Below are positions 45,901-60,300 of a stretch of DNA of 64,000 bases, piece after piece. Position 1 is the stretch's first letter; every line of letters starts with the position of its first letter. The notes beneath the pieces were generated by a model that was not told where the DNA came from, made no database searches, and saw only the letters and a program-made list of their open reading frames with translations. Origin of the DNA: Schmidtea polychroa. Its lineage: Eukaryota. A program made the position numbers and the translations under genes. The stretch covers positions 237,090,001 to 237,154,000 of the forward strand of contig CM097885.1 in NCBI GenBank assembly GCA_044892525.1, read 5' to 3'.

Positions 45901-48900
45901 GGTTTTAAAAAATTATAAATGTCTTCATTGCAAATATTAAATTGCACTCAACATTGATTTTTTTTGCAAAATATTAGTATTTTAAAGATCGGTTGGTTTA
46001 TTAATTGCGAGAATTTTTTGAGTTTGTCTGTGTTGAAATTAGGTCAAATGTTAACTGATGCGGTACGTCATTTTTCTAATTATACATTGATTCAATTAAA
46101 TATTAAACTTTAAATTGCAAATATTAAACATCCTGGAGTTGCTGATTTATTAATAGAAAAAAGGTTTTAAAAAATTATAAATGTCTTCATTGCAAATATT
46201 AAATTGCACTCAACATTGATTTTTTTTGCAAAATATTAGTATTTTAAAGATCGGTTGGTTTATTAATTGCGAGAATTTTTTGAGTTTGTCTGTGTTGAAA
46301 TTAGGTCAAATGTTAACTGATGCGGTACGTCATTTTTCTAATTATACATTGATTCAATTAAATATTAAACTTTAAATTGCAAATATTAAACATCCTGGAG
46401 TTGCTGATTTATTAATAGAAAAAAGGTTTTAAAAAATTATAAATGTCTTCATTGCAAATATTAAATTGCACTCAACATTGATTTTTTTTGCAAAATATTA
46501 GAATTTTAGAGGTTGGTTGGTATAATAATAGCGAGAAATTTAATATTATAAGAACTATTTTTCCAATTTCACCACTGATTTCTTTTCTATTGTATTTATT
46601 AAAGAAGCTTGAAGATTATGAATCAGTAAATATATCGATGTTTTTGATATATTTACTGATTCATAATCTTCAAGCTTTTTAATAAATAGAAATTTAATAG
46701 TTAAATAATACAGTTTAAATTACCGAATTGTTTAATTGCACTGAAAAGTCAATGACTAAATTTGCTTATTTATAAAATCAGAGAAAAAAAACCCTCCACA
46801 AAAATAAATATCCAAAAAATTTGATATCACTGAAAAAGCAAACCAGCTTCTTCATAGAATTAGATCTGAATTGTTTTTAATTTTACACATATGACTCAAT
46901 TATTAAATTAAGAAGTTATATTATTAAATTTATAAATAAATTTATTTCAATTTTCATTTCAACATTATTCAATATTCAAACAAATATGACACAATAATAT
47001 CGATATCGTCTATTGAAGTGGTTTGAAAATTAAAATCCACTTCATCCAGTCATAGAAATTAAGAGTGCTTCGTGAACTTGTGTAAAATTAATGGATCCCT
47101 AAACGAAGAGGACGAAAAATAACACTGAAAATATAATATAGCAGTAACAAAGGAGAACAACAATTGTTCAAGGAAGGCAAAAGTTCATAGAATCTTGTAT
47201 CTGGTACTAACAATAAAAGATTATCGCATTCAGGTATTGCATAATATAAAAACGAGGACTAGTTGAATCGAACAGTGAACTGATGTTGTGGATTATATCG
47301 AAAAGTAATTAATTAATAAAATCTTAAAATGCGACTTTGCACACTTGTGTCAAAATTAATAAATATCTGATTAATTATCTGATCCATTAAAAACACCGTA
47401 AGCCATAGAATGGTAAAGATTCGAGAAAAGTTAACGAGTAACATAAAATGGCAACAGGCAAATTCTTTTGTCGACATCAGTGACAAGTACCACAGTTTCT
47501 CAGATCACAACTATTTGATAATGGCAAGCTTGATAATGATATGATCCAACAAGATGAAGTACCATGTCGTTGTGCACTAAATGCCCTAGAAAACTTTAAA
47601 TAGCGCATAAAAATCAATTGATTGGATGTAAAGGGACTCGAATTTATCTATCTAACTATTGAAAAACCTGATTTTTTTGCATTTGATTTCATAGAAGACA
47701 AACGTTTAGATCGATAATTTAGCCAATTTTAAAGGGCGAATTTAGTTTACAATACGTAACATGCAGAAAAACAAACGAAGCACTAGAAAGTTATCAATAA
47801 AGATTTGATTAATAATTTTAAAATATGTTAATTGGGTATTAAGCGTGAAATTATGTCTGTTTTCATAATAGGTCTAATTTCATAAAAATAGAGGTCAATT
47901 TATTTATCAACATAATAAAATATAACTTGGTTTCCACTCTATATTACACTGTCAGAATAATCAATAAATTTATAAATACCTTGTTTGTTAAACCATTCTT
48001 TTGTAAAACGTAGTATAAAACACAAGTTGTAGTTTTCTTTAAACTTAGATATCAAATATTATTTTCTCTCCTGAGTTTTGAATTGGCTTCCTTAGTTTTT
48101 AATTGTTAAATAACCAATTTCAACAATATTTCACTCGAATTCAATTTGTTTAAACGTTTTATCTTTTTGCAATTCAAATCTATTCCAAATCATATCTTCA
48201 AAAATCCTCGATTATAATTTCCAATAAGTTTCTCTTGTCAATATTTTTATTGCAAAATGCTTGGTACACTTTTGTCGTTCGAATTGGAATTATGTCTAAG
48301 TAATTTTGAATTGTTGACAAGCAAATTGGAATTATGGACTAGCAATTTGGAAATTTTAGTGAACGAATTGGAACTTCCAAATTATTTTCTCCAACAGAAA
48401 TGTCCTTTAAGCCTAATGCTGCAGAAAAAAAGTATGTATGTGGTTAAAAAATTGGAGATATTTTATTTGTATTATAAAATTTCTGGATTCATCAACAAAT
48501 TTTTGAAGAGTGACATTTTTTTCTGAATTCCATAGTTTCTTATTGAAAATAATACGTAAGAAGTGCGAGATTGAAATCGATGTTCAACGTATTGTCATTA
48601 ACTCTATTTTTTATCAACTTTGCTACTTATTTTTGCATAATAAAAAAATATTGACATTCTCATAGGTTGTGATTTTAAAGAAGTGTGATTTACAAGAATA
48701 TTACACCAATAAATTACTAGGAAAAATATCAGAGAAATATCAGTTTCCTTGTCAAAATTCCAAATTGCTAGCGCATAATTCCAATTTGCTTGTCAAAATT
48801 CCAAAATTGCTAGCGCATAAATCCAATTTGCTCGCATTATAATTCCAATTCGAACGACAAAAAAGTGTAGATGAAGAAAAAATTTGTGATAACTGTCACT

Positions 48901-51900
48901 TTACAGATGACAATTATTTCTTTCGTTATTTTTTCTACTGAGGAAGTTACCAAATTTTTATCATTCCAATTTTTCGAAATGCGCAAACGTTATTTTAATT
49001 AATCGTATTGTTTTATTGATTTTCCTTTGCTTTTTCTCCGTTTTCCAATTCTATCTTTAAACTTCACCTCTCTGTAAAATCAATAATGATGTTGTCATTT
49101 ATGTTCTACTTGTTTCCACTAAATATTTTATTAATTTATTTACTAGTTTTAAATAAATTCAACAATATTATGTTAAAATATTAAATTTAATCTTAAAAAA
49201 ATAATCTTAGTAAATAGATTTATGAATAATAGTTGTATTTTATTATAAATAGAATTCTATTTGAATTGCATGGCCTGTACAGATCCCACGAACTCATTTT
49301 CTGGTCAGTGAAAAAGAATTCAATACGGACACGTCGATCGACTGGTATATATCAAATACAATTATTTATATTACCTCCAATTGTTTACATCGACTTAATA
49401 AACTGTTGTCTCTCAAGAATTCAAAAATCATTTGAGTTCTTCTTGGCGATTCGGGATGACTAAAATAAATTAAGCATCATTACATTGCTACAATTTAGCT
49501 ACATTGATCTCTCATTCATGTGGTTTTCCATTCTACAATCATAAACAAAACACGTTCTAATTCCTAGTAAATTATTGATTCATTAATTATACGTTATACT
49601 TGTTAGGATAGTTGTTTAAGGCATTTTTGGTTCTAAGTTCAAAAATTTTTTTGCTTGCTTGCCCATTTTCTTTGCATTTATTTGGATTGCTTTCAATTGG
49701 AAGATTAGGAACTTTTGATGAATTCCTACATTATGAAAATATCTTCAAATTTTGAAACAGCTTAAGTTTATAAAGATTATTTTTACATAATCTAACATTC
49801 ACTATTTTCAGTATGTATAAAAAGAGAAATTAGTCTGTCGAAACTAGCTAAAGTTTGGTTTCAATTATGCATTGGTCATGAAAATACAACATACAGAGAC
49901 TGTTGTGTCCTTTGCCAGCTATGGCATTTTATTCTAACAAATAAGAATATGTCAAGAAAGCTATATATTTTTATGTTAATCATATAAGAAAAACATATAA
50001 ACGAATAAGAACGGGTTCTAGGACAAAATGGTACAGACAAAAATTTAGGTTGATTCCGATTTTTTGTAAATAAATAATATTAAAGATAACTTATAACATT
50101 TTAAACTTTCAATTGAGCTAATTTTCTAATAACAATTAGTCTATGTAAAGTGACATGGTATTTATTAAAATGCATTTTTATTGGTTATCTATCAGTTCGT
50201 TAATTTTTTTATTCATTTTGCCCATGCCATTTAATCCTATAATCCTAGTACTATTTTGTCAAATACCATTTTTTCCCACCACCATAAGAAAGTATTTTGT
50301 AATAAACTAATCTTAACTTATATCTCAACTTTGATACAAATGAACCGATTTTCGTGCATTGTCAGACAAAACTGTCTCGTGAATAAAATCATAAGAAAAT
50401 CAGAATACCTCTATCCCTTTCAAATTTCAAATAATCTCATTGTTTTAAATCTATTGTGACTGTGATATTTTTACTTGATTTATATTTATTATATAGGTTT
50501 GATTGGCGACACAATTGATTAACTTCTGTATATCTTTTTAATTTTCCTTTATAAGATTTTAAACTCTATTATCATTATTACTATAAGTTAAAAGTGCTGC
50601 TCCAGGAAGAGTAAGTTATGCATTTTCCCCAAGCTTTTTCGTCCAATCAGTTAAGACCTTTTCATATCTGTCATTCAAAATCAGGACTTCGTTATTCTCC
50701 TCTTCTGCGAGTGGTTAACAAGCTCTTGAATATTTCCTATTTTGCTATCCCTTCGAAGGAATGTTATTTACTTCATGAATGTAGGATTGAGTCTTTCTCA
50801 ATTGGAATCAAAGTATTTGGATAACCTCATAGATATAGCTCCAGATTCGTTTTATTAATCACAACCCCACAAGCGCTACCTCTTTTGTGATATTTTATTA
50901 AAATGATCATTAACACCATAATTTTCGCATATACCATCAGCCGACAATGGCAACATGTTCAAAATGGCGATATTGCTAGTTACCAATGTTTGCACTATGC
51001 TGGTTATTTTCCTGCCTAAACCGACTGGAACATACACTGTTTTCTCTAGAATAAAGTCAGTATTGACTATATAGCTAATAATGCATCTTTGAGTTAGTCT
51101 TATGTGTAACTTTGTGTTATTGTTTCAGTTAATAATGGTTTTGAAAAGAATTTAGATTTTGTTTATGTTAAGTAATTGTATTAATAGCACGTTTACTTGA
51201 TGAAAATTGTTAAAATATTCCCATCTTTTTGATAAAAAACCTTCGATTTTGAGGCTATCCATTTATTGATTAATTCTTTAGTTTCTTCATATATTTTGAA
51301 GTGCTCATCGACTAAGCTATTCTGCATCGATCGGAACAAGCGATAATCGGAAAGAGCAATTTCGATGTATGCACGGGAGTTGTCTAGGACTTACCAATCA
51401 AGTAATAATAACTTATTTTTAACAACTTTAGCGACAAGTGTTCGAGTGTTGTCTTGGTGGAAAATGGCTTTACGTATTTAACTGGCAACTGTTGGTCGTT
51501 TTGGGTTCAATGCACTATTTAAATCGATTATTTGTTGCTTAACGGTTACTGCCAACGACATCTTCTTGATCCCATTTTAAGCAGTAATCCTGCTTCAATC
51601 CCATTAAAAAGATCTTAGTCTTCATATCCTTCTCGTATCTGTTGCCATGTTTCAATTGACTATTATTCAACAAGAACTTTATCAACCAAATTCGATTCAC
51701 CATATATGTATATTACAATTGCACCACTTATTTCTTTTCCATTGACATTGTATTTTTTAAAAAGCTTGACTATGGATCAGTAAATATATCGATGTTTTCG
51801 ATATTCACGAATTTTCGGCACTACCTTTTCAAGTATGTATATATAATTACTTTACCAAAGAAAATCCATCAACAAAGGAATATCGATACCAACAAATACA

Positions 51901-54213
51901 GTTCTATATCTCTATTAGGATTATTTTCCAACGTGATTTCCACGCCCCATTGAAAATCAATTTAAAAATGAGTCCGTCTAGAGTTCAAAAACTAACTGAC
52001 TACTGTAATTTAACATATAAAATTTGAATCACTCAGAGAATTTCGTTTAGCGGTATGAATCAAATGAAAATAGACACTTAATTGGGAGCTGGTGATTTCC
52101 AACTAAAATCTACGATAATTTTGTACTTTAATTTTAGTTCATTATTTTGTTTTGAAAATTTACTTTTTTCTAACAAAATCATAATGATTACTTCGTAAAA
52201 CCTAATTGTGAATTGAACAAATTGTCACATAGGTTTCGAATATGTTACATGGAAGCATTAGAATTTATCAGTCCTTGGATTGGACTTGACAAAAAAATTT
52301 TTGGGAAGCACTGATATAAATGAACCTTAGAAGAATTGCTGTAAAAAGAAAACATTTATATCGGCATTTCGATTACAAGAAAACTCTTTACAAGGTCAAA
52401 AAGTAATCAGACTGAGAATTTCAATCATTTTGTTCTATACTATAGAATCTATAGTATTCATCTTTTCTAGTAATTGTATTTTTATCTGTGAGATTTATTA
52501 GATATAATTTTAATCAATAAATTACACATAAGATAATTTATAGAATATTTTTACATTGATATTTTCAAAGCCGTTTAATGATTTAAAGTTAATTATAAAA
52601 TCTAAAAGAGCTTTACCATGTAGATTCCGGTAATTGGTACAGATATTCTGGATATGGTTCGTGGCTATCAGCAACATTTACTGATAGACTTTTCCAATAG
52701 TAATTAAGAAATTTCAAACAATTTTGTATTGTTTCTTTCACACTAAATCGAAGAATATAATGGAAGATGTTATCAAGTAATTTACCTATCACAAGGTTCA
52801 TTAAAGTCTTCGAGTTTAGGAGGCGCCTTCCCTGTAAGTGTTGCTAATGTCAAAATAACGCTGTCCTTTAAAGACTCTATACAATAACCACCCTAAAATC
52901 ATCATAAAGCTAAATAATTCCCATAACTATCAATACTTCCAGAAGTACAACTACTTTCCCCCGAGCTAAATCCATTAATTTATGTGTCATGTGGGCAAAA
53001 CATGCTGGGTGCACATCCATGGAACCCTGAAAGAATTTAGCAATATTTATTTATTGCTTATGAAAAATATAACTTCAGGGCACCCGATTGCTGAATCAAA
53101 CCCAGCTGATATTAAAACCAATTCAGGATTGTACTAAATTTTATATTTATCGATATCAAACCAAATTGTATTACCTCATATGCAATAGGAAGAATAATAC
53201 TATGGAAAATCGATAAATAGTCACTATTTGTCATGTTGGTCTAAATAATTTATTACAGATGAAATGATATATAAAAAACAAATAGAAAATTAGTGAAACT
53301 TTCAAAATATGAAATTGTAAATATTAAAATGTAAAATATGCATAGACAAAATTTGTAAAATATTAATCCATACATTGTGAGCACTGAATAACTAGTCACA
53401 GATCTTATGAAATGTCTCGTGTATAATTTCTAAATATTAACCTAGATATGGCCTACAATTTCAAGCAACGGAATGTATATAAAAAAACTTTATTTTTGAG
53501 CTGGAATCGATATTAAAATTAAAAACTGTAAAATGTATAAGGAATTATAAAAAAATTGACTATTAATCTTAAATTCGGTATTTTTACCGATCATAAATGT
53601 TTATCGCAAACCTTTCGAATAGGATATGTTAGATATGGGAAAATTAGTGGGCGAATTACATAATATTATGTTTTATTATTTTCTATCCAACTATTCACTG
53701 TCACACCTTTATAAACATGTTGAGTGATTTTGTACTTTTATTCGCAAAATTGTGGTAGAAGGCAGTAGGACACTGTAGAAAAATATATAAAAGAATTTCA
53801 CAGATATTTCAAAATTGGACCAAATAAATGTCCGTGTAAATGTAAAGAAATGAATCAGGTTCATTGGAATAACATTCCCTGTCACTCTATATTTAAAAAC
53901 ATTGTAATTGGACTTTATTTTTATGTGAACATTTTCATATAAATTATTTTTTTATTTTTATGTAAAAATATTTTTTAGGAAAAAATTTAATTTTAATAAA
54001 AAAATATTTTACTTGTCTAAACAAATTATATCTATGATTTTCAAAGGTGTTCTATTTTGGTAAAACAAAATAAATTGATTTTAGACTAGGGGTTCCAAAC
54101 CTTTTCATAGTACCATACCTGTACGTTGTAAACAATTTGATGGCTTATCGGTCAACCTTATTTTTTATTGGGGTAAAAATGCAATGGAGATTTGTAATAA
54201 AGACAAGTAACTT

Positions 54214-54303
<90 letters not shown>

Positions 54304-57300
54304 CTGCTAAACAGATAAATAAAATATAATTATGACTTAAAATATAGTTAGTGAGAAGGTTGGGCTTGTTTATTATTAGCTAAAGAAGAAATATTGGGCT
54401 CAATGTTTGTCAGTTTAAGGCGAAGATCCGATTCAATGTCCAGCAAAGCTCTATACTAGGTTTTCATCGCAGTAATTACAGAAAATCCTGTTTTACGTAA
54501 ATATGTAGTCGAAAATGGCAGTAAAAATTTTAGAAAATTAGAAATTGTAAAATATTAAAATGTATGGGTTATTGTAGTCATGTTTTTTTCGCAAAATAGA
54601 TTTTTAATAGGTTTTTGCTTTATATATAATAATAAAGTAATTCGCATACCGGTAACTGCTTGCCCACGTAACGGTACTGGTACGCGTACTCAAGGTTTGG
54701 AATTCTTGTTTTAGAGTGTAGTGTATTGTTATACTATATTTTTTATTGGTGATTAGGATTTGTAGTGTTGTTATTATGGTTGTCGCGTGCTGCGTGCGGC
54801 GATAAAATTTAAAAAAAACTGTATAGCTATAATTTACTATAGTAAATTATCGCTATAAAAAAATTGACAAATACAAAAAGCAAGAATAAAAGCTCTAGAG
54901 TACAATACTATACAAATACAGATGATATAATCATAAATCAAACCAAGTATAAAAAAGAAGGATTATTCGTAGGATTATATTAAAAGGAAAGAGAATATAC
55001 TACTTTAATAATTATTATATCCGCATGTGTCAAGATAAATACACCCGAAAGTTGTTCAGAAGAATTTCAAGCCCAAAATTCATTATCAAATACTCTACCT
55101 ATATTAATAAAGTATAACATTGCAATCATTCCTAAAGTCCTTACAACTATAGACAAACCCAATATCGTATTGATTCTCCTCCGTCAATTAATCTCTCAAA
55201 AATCTTTATTATTTCTACTGCAAATAACTGCTCGATCTCCGCAACCTGACAATTAGTAACCTGACAAGTAGTAACTTTTTGATTAATAATTTTTTGGCTA
55301 ATTTCTGGTTAATAAAATTTGTAATTTTATTTTATAGTCAATTCATATCATATCTACTATCATATACACAAGCACCTCAACTGTCCCGAGACAGTAATTT
55401 TTTAAAGGTGACGATGTTGAATTCTACAAATTTCATAACAAACAATTTTACAATACAGGTGTGTAGTACACACAACACAACTCATAGAATTTCTGATTAA
55501 GCAATCTTGTAGGGAATTAAATTCTATCTTTACATAGTTATACCAAAAACGCGGTCAGATCTTTTCAACTAGGCGAAAAATGTCTTTACAAATATAATGT
55601 GCAGTAGTACAATGTGCCAATTCGGATCAGTGCTGTGAGATTTAAAACATCCTTATTATTACTAATAAAACGACCATTTTAACCCTTACAAACCCTTACA
55701 AACACCCTTACAATCGGTAGTAGCGACGGGCTGCGTGTACAAAAGGCAGGGACGAAATCAGCGCAAGCTAGTGACTTGCGCTTACTAGGAATTCCTCGTT
55801 CAAGTGGAATAATTTCAATCCACTTTGCCTGACACGACAGTGATTTAGCAGGTTACCCGGCCATTTCTAGGTAGGAATTAAATTCGCCGTTACTGTCATT
55901 GTAGCGCGCGTGCGGCCCCGGACATCTAAGGGCATCACATACCTGTTATTGCTCAATTTCATTTAGCTAAATGCTATTTATTCCTCTAAGAAGTCAGCAT
56001 TTGCGTTAGAACACAAATGTACTATTTAGCAGGTTAGAGTTTCGTTCGTTAACGGAATTAACCAGACAAATCGCTCCACCAACTAAGAACGGTCATGCAC
56101 CACACCCACCGAATCAAGAAAGAGCTATCAATCTGTCAATCCTCACAGTGTCCGGACCGGGTGAGATTTCCCGTGTAAATCGACCACTTTGACCTTAAGT
56201 TGCAGTCACCAAAAATATAGGTGACGTCATCTTCTACATTTTTGCCGTAATAATTTTTTGAAAATTTCAAACCACCGCGCTACAGCAAGATAAAACAAAA
56301 AAGTAAAATTTCACTTTAAAATCAATACTTGAATTTCTTTTTAAAAATTGCACATATTGACCTTGAAAGGGGAGAGGAGGGTCTTCGTTGCTAACCATTG
56401 CGCGAAAACTAATGTTAGCGCCGGGGGCTCACATCTAACCTCTGCCATCCTCTGTACTTTTTACCTTAAAATGATGTCCAATCGACCTTGACTTTTGAAG
56501 AAATAATTATGTCAATCACTGGGGTATTTTGGCAAGAACTGGCATAGTACACATAACCAGTATCGTGTAATGATTGTTATTTGATCAATGAAAATGTTTG
56601 TCTTAGATTTATATGGTTATTATATAGTGACAAAAAACTGAGTACCCTAACCTAAATAGATATTTTAAATGCATCAACTTCCAATCGCTAATATGGCTTC
56701 TGATCCCAGAATTCAGAAATTCAATTATGATATCGACATTTATGAAAAAGTATCACTTGTCTACTATATTGTCTAATACAGTGCTCTTCAACCTTTCGCA
56801 GTCGTCGGAACCCTTCCAATAAAAATTTCCCCATGTATATGTGGGCATGTATATATGTATTCAATTGGGGTTGTCGATGTGGTAATTTATAAAAAAATAA
56901 TGCACTTTATAATATAAAATTATTTTATTTAAATAATTAATGGCAAAAATATAAAGTTTAACATAAAAAAAATAGAAATTTGATATTAAATGGTACTCAA
57001 TGACTAGGTTGAGCCTGTTTTTTGCTACAAATTACATTGAAATCTGGTACAATTCTTTTATACTATAAAATATAAATTATTATATGTTTATTTATATTGA
57101 AAACTTTTTTTATAAGAAATCATAAAATTTGTTCGCGGAACCCATAATTTTTTATACGGAACCCAAGGGTTCCGCGGAACCCAGGTTGAAGAACACTGGT
57201 CTAATATATTGAAGAGCATTTGATGTGATTGAAAGGGTCATTTAGGAACTATTCTTGTAACATCTGTAGAGAATGACAAATATTTATTGTTGCGAAACTT

Positions 57301-60300
57301 ATATACTAACCTTATATACCAGGAGTGGGCACGCATGAGGTATTCGAGAGCCAAATACAGGTTTTCCCTGTATTACAAAGAGCCACTTACTAAAAAATCA
57401 GATCTCAATGTGAGCCACACAGCTCATCAAAGAGCCGCACTTGCCCACTCCTGTTAAACACCAATTAAATTGATGAAACTTTGAATTCATTGTTTTCTTC
57501 AATTCTGCTAAAAATCAGTAATTTTTGGTGTATTATAGCTTTGATATTCCGGGATAGAAGGCCCTGCTCTTAGTTATTATGCATTAAATACTAATTAATT
57601 GGAAATGAAATTGCCATAAATTTTAAAATGGAAGTGGATAAAGAATTGAAACTTAATGATCACCAACAATTACTTTGGCATTAGTAAAGTGTGACGAATT
57701 AATGAGAAGTGAGGAGTATAAACCAGAATATACATTAATACGTAATATTTATAAAGTATACCCAGAATGGCATGGTGTTACGTAATATACGATGATATAA
57801 CACGTCATAATGTCCTCTGACTCCGTGACCATTCCCTATCTAGTTTCTAGCTATTGATGAATTAAACATTACCAAGCGCTCAAAATCTTGTGCATCACTG
57901 CAATCCATAGATTTAACACAAAGATGATGAAATAAATTTTTTAAACAAATAGCTCTAATTACATGATTTGATATGTAAATTTGATTGTAGTATGTGTATT
58001 ATATAGATATCGGTGATAACCAATTCATTTTATCATGAGTTCAACGGTATGCTCGCTGTCATTTGTATATTTGACACGTCAATAAGCTGAATTTGAAGGG
58101 TGTCATAATTTGTCCGGTTGAATCTTTAATCTTTCACAAAATGCTAGTATCAAAATTATCATTTATCAAAACAAATTTGTAATTACAATAATTATAAATA
58201 AACAAAATAAGTCTATTTCTTAAAAATTAAAGTTACTTTATTAAGCGGTATATTAATATTATATCCTCTTCCTTCATTTGCACCAATATAATCATAGTTA
58301 CTCTCTCGTAATTTCGGCCAAAAGTTTCCATCTTCGTATCGATGAATTGATATGTAAAGCACTCTGTTATTAGTATTATTATTAAATAAAAGAAAGCTAC
58401 GAGGGGAAATTTTTACTTTGAAGTGTTATAGAATTGATATTGAGTAGCATTACCATGGTGCACATCCCAATCGACGATAAGAATTCTATAAATTTACGAA
58501 ACTTTAAACAAGATTAAAAGTTATAAAGAAAAACTTTTGCATTGAGTAATTTAATTGAGCATATTTTGCTGCGATTCCTACGTTGTTGAAAATACAAAAT
58601 CCACTGGCTTCTGATTCCATGGCATGATGACCAGGTGGTCTGTTAACAGAACATTTTCGTTAAAATTAATTAATAAAAGTTAATTAGCATATCATAAATA
58701 TTATATCAGTTGCAAAATGTAAAATGAAACTTCTTAATCACAAATATGAAATTGATTCGCTTATTAGCAAGGTTAAATAGACGTTTGAGCACGTAAGACA
58801 TGCAGTCCCTGCTGTACCTACCATTTTCACTCACCGCAGTACGCACAAACACAATGGACGTTATGAATCCACATGCTCACAATCCCTGTTTTCTTATTAG
58901 ATGACATCAGTAGGTTATTGATTAGGCACCATTGACTAAATTGTAACATTGTGTGTTTGAATGTTTTCAAGTTATTGGCTCTAGCCTCAAATGACCGGAA
59001 TTCCATCTACTTAATAATTTTTTGTTAACATTTTATTCTTTTGATTATTATTCTTTCTTATTATCAGATTCACATGAATCATCGGATTCATAAATATTAT
59101 ATCACCGGCTTTCTATCTGAACATTCTCAATTCTTATGGGATTATTATTGATTATTACTGAAATCTTCATCTTGAAATATTTTTATTTTAAAGTTTATTG
59201 ATAATTTATTATTAGTACCACACAATTCGTTAGGTTAAAAACTATTTGAGCAAGTGTTATCAACACTAATGACCGTTGGAAAAAATTATTGTAAATGCAA
59301 ACTCCAAAGTGTAAATTAGTTTAATAGCATTATAAATTGCGTTTTTATGCGGGTTACTGTCAGTATTATATTGTCATATTGTTATTGTTCTGCTACGAAT
59401 TATCATTAGGTACGGTTAAACAACTGAACAAGAGTTACTGAGAAAAAAATAGACAATCTATGCTTGTTTTCCTTAATCATAGTCCTAAATTTTTCTAACT
59501 CACTCAGTTATTGTTAATATAGCATATTAATCGAATTACCATAATTCTTAAAAATTGAATATATTCCACAATAAAATTATACATAAGTGAAAAGCTTTGT
59601 ATGATTGTTAACATTGAAAAAATAACCTAATTAAGCAAAATCCATTTTTAGCCCTTTCATCCAAAACAGCTTTCAATACTTCAATAGTTGATCCGGCTGA
59701 AAAAAATGAAGCAAGCTTTGTATTCTGAAAAAAATTTTTAATTAAATTTCTAATTGTTAATAAACAAACATTGTCAAAAAATACGCAGTCATGTTGCGAT
59801 GACAATTCTTTCAATTGAATTTCTGTCATCGTTTGTGTGTCTTCAATTAACTGAACATGTGATTGAGAATGGCTATAATATATTAATTCATTTTCTATTT
59901 CTTTAGCCTAATTTATCAAAAAAATGTGCCTAAAATTTATTGAATTCAGTCATTTTACTTGTATACGAATGCAATCTTCCAATAAGTTTGTTTCACATAT
60001 GCCTTCATAACAAACTCTCAACCTTTCTGGTCGTTCAAAATATAATTCATCCCACATATTTGAATGAAGTAGCATTTGGTCATCATATACAAATGCAGTT
60101 CTAATACACAAAAGTTAGATAAATTTTCATTATACTATTACTTTTTAGGACAATTTATTCTGAGTTCAATATTCTTAAAACATTAATAAGTTAATTCATG
60201 AAAATTATTAATTATTACATCGTATAAACCATGATTCGATTGAGTCGCTGGTAAATCCTCGTCACCAAATGGTGAATTTGACCTTGACCGTCGACGACGT

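Noticed and set aside
55681..55712. Interstitial telomeric repeat
   Set aside because: The unit is the 10-mer aacccttaca, not TTAGGG or TTAGG, and there are only three copies.
55711..56176. Functional rDNA unit or contaminant contig
   Set aside because: Only a fragment, mutated at conserved sites, with no ITS or 28S, and collinear HDAC6 exons on both sides.
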